NCBI GenBank assembly: GCA_041656495.1
Contig: JBBADJ010000002.1
Location: 139,839 to 203,838 of the forward strand
Direction: 5' to 3'
DNA from: Candidatus Ratteibacteria bacterium
GTDB lineage: Bacteria; Ratteibacteria; UBA8468; B48-G9; DTJG01
Length of the DNA stretch: 64,000 nucleotides
The notes beneath the pieces are model-generated. The model saw nothing but the letters and a program-made list of their open reading frames with translations, was not told the DNA's origin and did no database searches. Of this stretch, positions 9,401-18,677 are shown one piece after another; position 1 is the first letter of the stretch, and every line of letters begins with the position of its first letter. Made by a program: the position numbers and the translations under genes.

Positions 9401-11883
9401 TATCCTATCAGGTTTCACTCCTTCTTACCGCGGGAATCAATATCCTTTTTGCAATTTCTGTCTATGTAAAAAATCAACACCGCCTTTCCAACAGAGTCTT
9501 TCCTCTTTCTTCTCTTAATCTCGCGTTATGGTGTTTTTCAACATTTGCGATTGTATCGTCCCATTCCACCACACAAGCAGAAATAGCCATACGGATTGCC
9601 TGCTCTATAGGAGCTTTTCTTCCGGCGAACTTCCGTTTTTTCGTTGATACCCTAGGACGTCCCCAAGAGCCCTTTTCTCTCCGCCAAAAAAGAGTTCTCA
9701 CGCTCTTTTATCTTTTGGGTATCTGTCTTGCCGCCATAACATGGCTCCCCAATTTTATCCGTTCGGTTGAGTTTTCTCCTCCTGGTGTTTTTGTCGATCT
9801 TCCAGGACCAGAAGCACAATATGACGGACCACTTTTTTTCCTTTATTCCTTTGGAACTCTTCTTCTGATGGCAGAAGCATTGTTCCGCCTCTTTCAAAAA
9901 ACACATACCTCGCACGGAATCTTTCGCCTTGAAGTACAATATGTCTTTATCGCTATCCTCTCGGGAACGATCTTTGTCGCGGGAACCTCTCTCTTTCCCG
10001 CACTTTTAGGAAGCACACTCTTAAGTAGGTTCGCGCCATTCTCTTCTGTCATCATGACAGGGATTATTTCGTATGCTATCGCCCGGTACCATATATTGGA
10101 TATTTCTATTGTCTTTGAAATGACAACCCTTGCGATCCTTGTAACAGGAGTGCTTCTTCTCTTCTATCTCGCCAGTACCCTGCTTCTCACAAAAATTCAA
10201 TATATATTTCTCCTTTCTCCTTCCTATAGTTCCATCCCTATACTCTTTAGTGCCTTCGCAGTCGCACTTCTATATACTCCTGTAAAAAAATTCATTCAGA
10301 ACCTCGCACTTCACCGGATTTTCCCTCCCAAAATAGATACTGGAGAGATCTCCAAAGAACTTACGGCAACACTCTTTTCACATATAGAATTCTTTGGCTT
10401 TTTCAATGATATTTCCCGTCTTCTCAGTAGTAAACTTCACATTCCCGAAACCATGGGACTCATTCTTCCCCCTTCCACTCCTCAAGAACCCTCCATTCAA
10501 ACTCTTCCCGCCACATGGTCTCTTGAACATTCCTCTGATTCTTCTATCCTTGCCTCGTTCCAAAAAGAGAAAAAAGCTCTTATCAGAGAAGAGTTAGAAC
10601 GATTTCCCCATATTGAAAGCAACCTCAAAATCATCCAGGAGTTTAAGAAGAACGGCTTTGATCTTGCGGTTCCGATTCTCCAAAGAGAAACAGTCTTCGG
10701 CGCAATCCTTTTTCGTAATAAACATTCACAAACACTCTTCACAAGACAAGAACTTCTTCTTCTTGAGAATATCGGACTACAACTCGGCATTGCAATAGAA
10801 AACCTTGCTCTTTACAGAAGACTCTCTAGACTTCATCTTTATCAGGACAGTCTTCTTGAAAACTCACCGAGCGGAGTAATTGGAATAGATGCGGATAACC
10901 GAGTAATTATCTTCAACAGAGAAGCAGAGCGCCTTACCGGGTATCAACGCTCCTCAATGCTTGGGAAAGAGTATAATGCCCTTCCTGAAGAGTTAAAAGA
11001 GATCGTCTTTTCTGTAAGAGAATCACAGCAAAATATCAGGGGCGTTGAAAGAACGGTTCTGAATAGAGAAAAAAATATTCCTCTTCAGGTACTTATGCAT
11101 ACCTCTGCCTTTTATGACAGCCATAAAAAGTTTCTTGGAATCCAGTTGATCTTTTCCGATATCACGCCGATGAAAAATCTTAAAGAGAATATCGCTCGCA
11201 CAGAACGGCTCGCTTCCATTGGAATCCTTGCGGCGGGGCTTGCGCATGAAATTAAAAATCCCCTTGTTTCAATACGAACCTTTGCGCAACTTCTTCCTCA
11301 AAAATTTGAAGACGCGGAGTTCCGAGAAGTCTTCTCAAAACTTGCCATCCAAGAAGTAAATAAAATTAATAGCTTAGTAGAAGCAATCCTTGCCTTTGCA
11401 AAACAAAAACCTCCTGAATTCCGAGAAGTATCCCTCGGAGATATTATCCGCGACACTCTTCTTCTGATAGGAATTCAGAAAAATAATATTCAGGTCTCTT
11501 TTACAGAACTGGATGGAAAAAAAACCGCTCTGTTAGATGCAGATGCGGAAAAATTAAAACAGGTCTTTCTAAACCTTATTCTCAACAGCCGTGACGCAAT
11601 GCCCAAGGGAGGAGATCTTTCCATTACCATTACCGAGGAGAACAATCACCTCAAAACAGTACTGTCAGATACAGGATCCGGAATAGAAGAAGCCCTTATT
11701 GAAAAAATATTTGACCCCTTCTTTACTACAAGAGAAAAAGGAACAGGACTCGGTCTTTCTATTGTTGCCACCATTATCCATGAACATCATGGTACAATCT
11801 CTATAACAAGCTTGCCTTCAACAGGCACTACGGTCTCTATTGAACTTCCAAAACATCAGTCGGAAGAAGGACAGCCTCTATGA
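9397..11883 (+). CDS. Membrane sensor histidine kinase (multi-TM N-terminal domain, GAF/PAS, HisKA, HATPase_c)
   Basis: About 280 aa polytopic N-terminus (7TM-type HK sensor); PAS region; HisKA H-box LAHEIKNPLVSIRTF; G-boxes DTGSGI and GTGLGLSIV. Confidence 0.85.
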   Translation: MISYQVSLLLTAGINILFAISVYVKNQHRLSNRVFPLSSLNLALWCFSTFAIVSSHSTTQAEIAIRIACSIGAFLPANFRFFVDTLGRPQEPFSLRQKRVLTLFYLLGICLAAITWLPNFIRSVEFSPPGVFVDLPGPEAQYDGPLFFLYSFGTLLLMAEALFRLFQKTHTSHGIFRLEVQYVFIAILSGTIFVAGTSLFPALLGSTLLSRFAPFSSVIMTGIISYAIARYHILDISIVFEMTTLAILVTGVLLLFYLASTLLLTKIQYIFLLSPSYSSIPILFSAFAVALLYTPVKKFIQNLALHRIFPPKIDTGEISKELTATLFSHIEFFGFFNDISRLLSSKLHIPETMGLILPPSTPQEPSIQTLPATWSLEHSSDSSILASFQKEKKALIREELERFPHIESNLKIIQEFKKNGFDLAVPILQRETVFGAILFRNKHSQTLFTRQELLLLENIGLQLGIAIENLALYRRLSRLHLYQDSLLENSPSGVIGIDADNRVIIFNREAERLTGYQRSSMLGKEYNALPEELKEIVFSVRESQQNIRGVERTVLNREKNIPLQVLMHTSAFYDSHKKFLGIQLIFSDITPMKNLKENIARTERLASIGILAAGLAHEIKNPLVSIRTFAQLLPQKFEDAEFREVFSKLAIQEVNKINSLVEAILAFAKQKPPEFREVSLGDIIRDTLLLIGIQKNNIQVSFTELDGKKTALLDADAEKLKQVFLNLILNSRDAMPKGGDLSITITEENNHLKTVLSDTGSGIEEALIEKIFDPFFTTREKGTGLGLSIVATIIHEHHGTISITSLPSTGTTVSIELPKHQSEEGQPL

Positions 11884-13814
11884 ATTATGTGATTGTTTCC
11901 ACAAATGAAAAAGCAATAAGCCATGCAATACGTATTGTATTAAAAGAGAAGTATGTGGTGGAGGAAGTTCCTTACACTCTTCTCTGTGAAACAATCGTGG
12001 CCCGCAGACCAGGGGCTGTCATCTTTGATGCAGACGATCATGGAGAGCTTACTCCTGAACGATTACTATCTCTTTTTTCTATTGATCCCTCCCTTACCGT
12101 TATTCTTTTAGCAGATCGGCTGAATAACACTATGGAAAAAGCCCTTGAAACAGGAGCCTTTGAGATTATTGAAAAACCTTTTCAATCTCTTCGCATTCTC
12201 CATACTGTAAAACGGGCGATTGTGCACGATACCTTCTCCCGGCAGAAGGATTCTCCGCATTCCACACCTTTTTCCGAAACCTCGCTCTCAATAACCTCCC
12301 GCGATACAACAACTTTTTTTGAAGAACTCTCTCAAACAATCGCCTCTTGTATGGATAGCCCGGAACATCTTCTTTCTGAAACATTTCTTCTTCTCCGAAA
12401 ATATCGCCATACAGCAAAAACCGCTTTTTTCCTCCGAAAAAACAGCCAATTTATTCCCATTGCATCTCTTGGAATAGATGACAAATTTCTCTCTGAAATT
12501 CTTGTACCATCTACACACCCTCTCATAGAATGGTTTTCCAGAAAAACCTGTATGGTAGCGGTGGAAAATCCTGACATGAACCCTGCTATCCGTTCCTTGC
12601 TTGAAATGTGCAATGTGCAATGTGCCTTCCCCTGTATCTCCTTTAATGGAACCCTTATTGGATTCCTTCTTACTGGAGGACCTGTCACGGGAAGAGCGTT
12701 GGTAGAGCAGGATATCTCTTTTTTTACAAGTTTCTCTGATTTTTTAACTACCGCCATTGAAAATATAGGGTTACAACAGGAAATTATTGCCCAAAAAAAC
12801 TATCAGGAAGCCATTGTAACCAATGTTCCCAGCGGTATTATCGGAGTAAATGAAGAAGGTAAAATCATTGTATGCAATGAAAGCGCCCATACTATTTTCG
12901 GCATTGACCAATCCGAAGGAATAGGCTCTCCGATAGAACGGCTTGGCGCTCCTGTTGCCGATGTTATCCGTCAAACCCTTGATTCTCAAGAACCTATTGT
13001 ACGGAAGGAACTTCTTCTCTCTCCAGAAAAAATCATTATCGGAATAAGCACCAACCCCATTGTTTCAGAAGGTACACTTCAGGGAGCGGTGGCAATATTT
13101 CAAGATCTCAGCGCTATCAAAGTGTTGGAGGCAAAAGAACGCGAGGTAGAACGCAACGGGTATCTGAACTCTTTAGCATCCCGGCTTTCTCATGAACTGA
13201 AAAATCCCTTAGTCGCTATTAAAACCTTTTCTCAGTTACTTCCTGAAAAATTTGACGATCAGGAATTTCGTACCTCCTTTGCAAAGATTGTACAAGACGA
13301 AATCACAACAATCAATATGATTATAGAAAATATCAGTAAACTTGCGGAGACCCGTTCATTTCATACAAGCGAATTTGATCTTGTTGATTTTTTACATACC
13401 CTCCGCGGCACCTATGAAACAGATAGGCGTACTCCAAATGTTTCGTTTCAAATTGAAAAACAGAGTTCTTTCCCTATTGCCGGAGATCCGCTCCGTATCA
13501 ATGAAGCCATCGGCCATCTTATCTCATTTTTTCAAGAGGAAGAAAACAATGCTTTCGTCACAATCAAGGCAGATACAGAGGACTCTTCCTTCCTTCTTGA
13601 GGTATCTGGAAACTGCCACAAGAACCGGACGAACGACAATCTCCTCTCTTCTTTCGCGCCTGAATTAAAACAGATCGCTTCTATTGGAGTGATTCTTGCT
13701 AAAAAAATATTTGAAGCCCACCACGCTGATTTTTCTGTAACACAGAATCAGAACAAAACCTCTTTTCTTACCCGTATTCCCCGTTCTTCTCATGGCAAAA
13801 ATATTAATCGTTGA
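11880..13814 (+). CDS. Histidine-kinase paralog with N-terminal receiver-like domain, GAF/PAS, HisKA and a degenerate ATP-binding domain (possible pseudokinase or phosphotransfer protein)
   Basis: H-box LSHELKNPLVAIKTF is paralogous to the upstream HK; the C-terminal domain lacks canonical DxGxG and GxGLGL G-boxes (EVSGNCHK; ASIGVILAKKIFEAHH); receiver-like N-terminus lacks the acidic DD pair (VIVSTNE). Confidence 0.7.
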   Translation: MNYVIVSTNEKAISHAIRIVLKEKYVVEEVPYTLLCETIVARRPGAVIFDADDHGELTPERLLSLFSIDPSLTVILLADRLNNTMEKALETGAFEIIEKPFQSLRILHTVKRAIVHDTFSRQKDSPHSTPFSETSLSITSRDTTTFFEELSQTIASCMDSPEHLLSETFLLLRKYRHTAKTAFFLRKNSQFIPIASLGIDDKFLSEILVPSTHPLIEWFSRKTCMVAVENPDMNPAIRSLLEMCNVQCAFPCISFNGTLIGFLLTGGPVTGRALVEQDISFFTSFSDFLTTAIENIGLQQEIIAQKNYQEAIVTNVPSGIIGVNEEGKIIVCNESAHTIFGIDQSEGIGSPIERLGAPVADVIRQTLDSQEPIVRKELLLSPEKIIIGISTNPIVSEGTLQGAVAIFQDLSAIKVLEAKEREVERNGYLNSLASRLSHELKNPLVAIKTFSQLLPEKFDDQEFRTSFAKIVQDEITTINMIIENISKLAETRSFHTSEFDLVDFLHTLRGTYETDRRTPNVSFQIEKQSSFPIAGDPLRINEAIGHLISFFQEEENNAFVTIKADTEDSSFLLEVSGNCHKNRTNDNLLSSFAPELKQIASIGVILAKKIFEAHHADFSVTQNQNKTSFLTRIPRSSHGKNINR

Positions 13815-15153
13815 CGATGAAACAAATGTACGGGAATCTCTAAGATTCGCCTTAAAAGATCAGCATACGATCCGGTTTGCGGATTCAGGAGACAAGGCAT
13901 TGAAAGAGATTGCCTATAATCAGCCAGATCTTGTGATTCTTGATATTATGATGCCTGGAAAAAGTGGAATTGATACGCTTCGTGAAATCAAAAGGGATTA
14001 CGCGCATATCTCGGTAATCATGCTAACTGCCGCTGCCGACCTCTCCACAGCTATCAACGCCATGAAACTCGGCGCCAGCGATTATATTACCAAACCGTAC
14101 GATGTGGAGGAGCTTCTCTTTCAAATAGAAAAGATTATAGAACAAAGAAAACTTCATCAGAAAATCGGGTTGCTTCAAGAAGAAGTTGAAAGAGAATATC
14201 CGGTTGCTTCTTTCATCTTCCAAAGCAAAAAGATGAAGGAAGTTCTTGATATCGCAAAAAAAGCCGCTCCAACGGAAAGCTCCATTATTCTTACTGGACC
14301 CACTGGTGTCGGAAAAGAACTTGTAGCCCGTTTTATCCATACCAATAGCACGCGAGAAAAAGAGCCCTTTATCGCAATACATTGCGCCGCAATTCCAGAT
14401 ACACTCTTTGAAAGCGAACTCTTTGGCTACGAACGAGGCGCCTTTACTAATGCATTCAAAAGAAAACCCGGAAAGATAGAGATGGCCGCAGAAGGAACCA
14501 TCTTTCTTGATGAAGTCAATGAAATTCCTTCTCTTCTACAGGTAAAGCTTCTTCGGTTTCTTCAAGAAAAAAAATTCTCCCGCCTCGGAAGCAATGAACT
14601 TCTTTCAAGTAATGCCCGCATTCTTTCCGCCTCCTCGCAATCCATTACACCGCCCCATAAGACTTTTCGCGAGGATCTTTACTACCGACTTAGCGTGGTG
14701 CCGATAGCAATTCCGTCCCTTACAGAACGGAAAGAAGATATTGTTCCTATCGCAGAATATTATATTGAACAGTTTGCGAAAAAATATAAAAGCCGCGCTA
14801 AAACCCTTTCATTTGAAGCAGAAAAGGCCTTTCTCGCCTATCCATGGCCAGGAAATGTACGAGAATTAAAGAATGTTATTGAACGCTCCCTTGTTCTCCG
14901 TCGCGACGCGGAAAAGATTGACATAGAAACTCTTCCTTCTGAAATTTCTGAAAACTCTCTTCTTCCTTATAAAGAACTCTCTCTTGAAGAAGAGGTCCGT
15001 CAACTTGAAACCACACGGATACTTCATGCGCTTACACAAGAAAAAGGGAATCAGGTAAAGACTGCGAAACGACTCGGAATCACCAGACGAATTCTTCGGT
15101 ATAAGATGGAAAAATTACAGATTGCCTGCGAACAACAAGACCCTAACGCATAA
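13792..15153 (+). CDS. Sigma-54-dependent response regulator (NtrC family: REC, AAA+ sigma-54 activator, Fis-type HTH)
   Basis: REC (KILIVDDE...LDIMMPGKSG), Walker A GPTGVGKE, GAFTGA-like motif reading GAFTNA, arginine finger region, C-terminal HTH (QVKTAKRLGITRRILRYKM). Confidence 0.88.
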   Translation: MAKILIVDDETNVRESLRFALKDQHTIRFADSGDKALKEIAYNQPDLVILDIMMPGKSGIDTLREIKRDYAHISVIMLTAAADLSTAINAMKLGASDYITKPYDVEELLFQIEKIIEQRKLHQKIGLLQEEVEREYPVASFIFQSKKMKEVLDIAKKAAPTESSIILTGPTGVGKELVARFIHTNSTREKEPFIAIHCAAIPDTLFESELFGYERGAFTNAFKRKPGKIEMAAEGTIFLDEVNEIPSLLQVKLLRFLQEKKFSRLGSNELLSSNARILSASSQSITPPHKTFREDLYYRLSVVPIAIPSLTERKEDIVPIAEYYIEQFAKKYKSRAKTLSFEAEKAFLAYPWPGNVRELKNVIERSLVLRRDAEKIDIETLPSEISENSLLPYKELSLEEEVRQLETTRILHALTQEKGNQVKTAKRLGITRRILRYKMEKLQIACEQQDPNA

Positions 15154-15173
15154 GAAAGAATTCTTCTGATTGT

Positions 15174-15197
15174 AGAGAGAGTTCTCTTTTTTTTTCA
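15174..15197 (+). terminator. Weak intrinsic terminator after the sigma-54 response-regulator gene
   Basis: AGAGA-gagt-TCTCT short hairpin followed by T9; also adjacent to the convergent gene's stop. Confidence 0.25.
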
Positions 15198-16595
15198 CCG
15201 CGAAAGATCGGCAAAGAGTTTCTTAACTCCCTCTATTACTATCCCTTCTGCCCGTTCGTCTACCACACATCCCAAATAGGACGTTTCATAACTGGCATCA
15301 ATACCAATCGCCTCATCAAGCGGAGTGGCATGAAACTCTTCTTCCCGAACAGAAAGGTTGAATGTCCTCTCCTTAAAAGCTTTTGCCGTAGGAATATATC
15401 CAAGGACCGCATTGCAATTTTCTACGATCATTGTCTCCTCAAAAGAGCTATCTTCCCGAAACGCAAAACCTGTTTCTGTAAAGATCTCGCCAGAGGTACA
15501 GAGAAATGCGCACTTTTTATCAAGACCTACCAGAAACAAAGAGTGTTCAAGGGGACTCTTCTCTTCCATCTGCATAAAAAGCGCCTTCGCGACAAGTGCC
15601 CGCAATGTTCCCGGAAATGCCTCTATATTGATTTTGGCAGATTCAATTTCTTTATCAGTAAAAGTTCTACGAGGAATTGAAAGTGTCTTCTCCGCAAGAA
15701 AGAGAGAATTTACCGGCGAAAGGGTCTGCAAAGAAGTAAGAATACCGGAAGCGCTCCGGCCTAATGCCTCAGCTATCTTTTCACCAATATCTGAAGAACG
15801 GGTTTCACTATCAAAAGGATCCAAGAACGCAATATCTCCGCAAGCATCGTTAAAGAGTATTACAGGAACTCCATACTCTTCTGAAAGAAGGTCTCGGGTC
15901 ATTGAAGGCCAATCACCTGAAATTTCTGTACCGCCCAAAGTATCTGGATGATTGCCATAATTCAACGCGATCGCCTTTAGAAAACCTGTATCATCGGCGA
16001 TTTTTAAGAGGCTGAGTTTGGAAGAGACCGGACCCGCGGGACCAATAATTTCTTGGGGTTGCGTGGGATTTGTTACCACCCTCCCATCTCGCAAACGATA
16101 CCGTCTGTTGAATGAAAATCCATCCACATCAACAGAACCACACCCTATCGTTGCCGGAAACCTACTATCATACGCTTCCCTCATCGCATCAACAATCTGC
16201 GTTCTAAGGTATCCGGGATACTCGTCGGAAATCGTAAAGTTTTCTGTGTAAACCGCCTTATAAGAATGATCGGGAAGTGGACCGGTATGGGTATGGGTCG
16301 CATGAAGTGTAATATGAAGAGAGGAGGAAGGGATCTTTTTTCGGGCAATCTGTTTCACATCGCGCCAAAGGCATTCGCCGGCCCAGATCAAGTCTAACGC
16401 CACTATAAATGCTGTGGTGGTTCCATCATCAAAACAGAGTGCGATCGCCTTCAAATCATCGCGTATCCCAGAAGCAGGTCTTGGAGAAAAATAACCCACC
16501 AAAGAAGAACCTAAAGGAGGAGTGATAATCCGTTCAGCAATACCTATCCGTACCATTTGATAACTCCCGTATAAGAGAGAAAAGCGCTTCTTCAA
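15195..16595 (-). CDS. Neutral/alkaline ceramidase N-terminal-domain-like hydrolase (uncharacterized)
   Basis: N-terminal pattern RIGIAERIITPPLGSSLVGY...GIRDDLKAIALCFDDG...IVALDL resembles the conserved N-terminal block of non-lysosomal ceramidase-family proteins (GxA..DITPP.G..L.GY...G..D.L.A.AL..DDG...V..DL); assigned from memory of the family, not searched. Confidence 0.4.
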   Translation of the reverse strand: MKKRFSLLYGSYQMVRIGIAERIITPPLGSSLVGYFSPRPASGIRDDLKAIALCFDDGTTTAFIVALDLIWAGECLWRDVKQIARKKIPSSSLHITLHATHTHTGPLPDHSYKAVYTENFTISDEYPGYLRTQIVDAMREAYDSRFPATIGCGSVDVDGFSFNRRYRLRDGRVVTNPTQPQEIIGPAGPVSSKLSLLKIADDTGFLKAIALNYGNHPDTLGGTEISGDWPSMTRDLLSEEYGVPVILFNDACGDIAFLDPFDSETRSSDIGEKIAEALGRSASGILTSLQTLSPVNSLFLAEKTLSIPRRTFTDKEIESAKINIEAFPGTLRALVAKALFMQMEEKSPLEHSLFLVGLDKKCAFLCTSGEIFTETGFAFREDSSFEETMIVENCNAVLGYIPTAKAFKERTFNLSVREEEFHATPLDEAIGIDASYETSYLGCVVDERAEGIVIEGVKKLFADLSR

Positions 16596-17613
16596 TCAAA
16601 TCCTCAGAATACGATCCCTTCACTCTTCCTTTACAGAATAGAAGCCATTCTCCAACTCCTCCCGCAATCCCGACATCTGCTTCTTTTGCCTCTCCGGGTC
16701 CGTTTACACTGCAACCCATAACCGCAATCTTCAATGTATTTATTTTAGGAAAAATCCGCGCTTCTTTCTGCAAACGTTTTTCTACCCCTTTCCTTACCTT
16801 CATAAGATTTACCCGACAACGGCCGCAGGTAGGGCAAGAAATGAGTTCTGGTTCAAACCTTCGCAACCCGAGCGACTGTAGCGTTGCTCGGGTCCACCTG
16901 ACCTCCTCCTCCGGACTTTCTGTAAGAGAAATCCGAACAGTATCTCCAATACCTTCCGAAAGAAGAATCCCGAGTCCCAACACACTTTTTGTTACTCCGG
17001 CATACCCTGCTCCGGCTTCAGTAATGCCTATATGAAAAGGATATTCGCACTGAGGAGCAAGGGCTCTATAAACTGCAACCGTATCATCCACCGAAGGAGT
17101 TTTCATTGAAATCACAAGATCAAAACAGTCCTGATCCTCGCAAAATCTAATGCTATCCTTCGCAAAGGAAAGCATATCCCGAACTAAGTGAGAACTCTTT
17201 CTCGGAAGAGAGCCTGAATTAAATCCAAGCCGTACCGGAATCTTCTCTTCTTTGGCTTTCTGGAGAACTTTTATAAGATTGCTTCTTTTCATATTTCCCG
17301 GATTCACACGGATTTTGTCAAAGCCCGCCTGAACCGCAAGAACTCCAAGACGCCAGTCATAATGGATATCCGCACATCCAGGAAGACCTGAAGCATGTAT
17401 GGCACGAATCGCGGGAGAAATATCATTACGAGAAAGAATGGAAGTTCGGATTAGTTCTGCTCCCGCAGAGGCCAAACGCGCGCATGCCCGCTTTATAACA
17501 GGATAATCCGAGCTCGCCACCTTTGTCATAGATTGTACAGAAACCCGCGCGTCTCCTCCTATCTTTAGAGATCCCGCCATAACCATCCGAGTTTTTCGTT
17601 TCTTTATTTTCAT
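16534..17613 (-). CDS. ispG: 4-hydroxy-3-methylbut-2-enyl diphosphate synthase IspG (GcpE)
   Basis: SLKIGGDARVSVQSMT N-terminus; C-terminal Fe-S cluster motif CPTCGRC...GCSVNGPGE. Confidence 0.92.
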   Translation of the reverse strand: MKIKKRKTRMVMAGSLKIGGDARVSVQSMTKVASSDYPVIKRACARLASAGAELIRTSILSRNDISPAIRAIHASGLPGCADIHYDWRLGVLAVQAGFDKIRVNPGNMKRSNLIKVLQKAKEEKIPVRLGFNSGSLPRKSSHLVRDMLSFAKDSIRFCEDQDCFDLVISMKTPSVDDTVAVYRALAPQCEYPFHIGITEAGAGYAGVTKSVLGLGILLSEGIGDTVRISLTESPEEEVRWTRATLQSLGLRRFEPELISCPTCGRCRVNLMKVRKGVEKRLQKEARIFPKINTLKIAVMGCSVNGPGEAKEADVGIAGGVGEWLLFCKGRVKGSYSEDLIEEALFSLIRELSNGTDRYC

Positions 17614-18677
17614 CGCCGTAGCTTCTCTTCTATAATCTTGAAAATATCGTTATAGGTTACATAAAGCGCAAGCGCGATAATCAAAAATGCGCCCGCTGTA
17701 TTTACTATTTCAAGGAATCGCCGGCTAGGTTTTTTCCTCCGAAGCTTCTCAAAGAAAAGACCGACAAGATGGCCCCCATCAAGGACAAAAAAGGGCATAA
17801 GATTCAAAACCCCGAGATTCACATTCAAAAAAGCAATAAAATAGAGATAACGAGAAATGCCGAGTTTCATTACCTCCATAGAAAATTTTGCGATACCAAT
17901 AGGACCCGCAAGCTGTTTAATAGAGGCCTTTCCGGTAATCAGATACTTGAAGGCAATAAAGACTCCCTTAATCATTTTTCCAGTCTCTTTTCCGCTTTCA
18001 AGAAAAGAACGGAAAAAACCGTACCTGGCGATCTTTTCCTTGGGTTCTATGCCGATAAGATACCTCTTATATCCGTCAAAAACCTTCACTCCATCCTCTT
18101 GAAGGTGTGGAAGAACAGAAAATCGGAGAGGAGTTCCTTCGCGAGAAACTTCAATCTGAAGAGGAGTATCCGGATGACGGTTTGACTCAACTGTAATACG
18201 TTGCAAAACATCAAACCATTCTCTTGTCCGTTTTCCATTCACAGAAAGAATCTCGTCGCCAACCACTATTCCCGCACTCTTTGCAGGAAGTTGTTCTACC
18301 ACTCCTCCCACACGCGTACCATCATAAGCCGGCACTCCAAGCATAAGGGCCGGAAGAAGAAAAACCCATGCCACCACAATATTATGGATCCCTCCCGCAA
18401 CAACCACTAATGCCCGAATTCCCGGTGGTTTCGCGGCAAACTCGTCGGGCGCTTCGGCATTTACACTGTCCTGTCCCGCCAGTTTCACATAACCGCCAAA
18501 AAGAATCGGACAGATCCAATATTCGGTCTCTCCGCGTTTCCATGAAATAAGTTTAGGGCCCATCCCGAAAGAGAAGCGTTCCACCCTGATCCCTACCCGT
18601 TTTGCAACCCAGAAATGTCCTAATTCATGAAAAAAAATGGCTATTCCGAATACAATCAATACCCCAAGCAATCCCAT
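17610..18677 (-). CDS. rseP: RIP metalloprotease RseP (M50 site-2 protease with PDZ domain)
   Basis: HELGHF zinc motif in TM1, PDZ region, LDGG motif near C-terminus. Confidence 0.9.
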   Translation of the reverse strand: MGLLGVLIVFGIAIFFHELGHFWVAKRVGIRVERFSFGMGPKLISWKRGETEYWICPILFGGYVKLAGQDSVNAEAPDEFAAKPPGIRALVVVAGGIHNIVVAWVFLLPALMLGVPAYDGTRVGGVVEQLPAKSAGIVVGDEILSVNGKRTREWFDVLQRITVESNRHPDTPLQIEVSREGTPLRFSVLPHLQEDGVKVFDGYKRYLIGIEPKEKIARYGFFRSFLESGKETGKMIKGVFIAFKYLITGKASIKQLAGPIGIAKFSMEVMKLGISRYLYFIAFLNVNLGVLNLMPFFVLDGGHLVGLFFEKLRRKKPSRRFLEIVNTAGAFLIIALALYVTYNDIFKIIEEKLRR

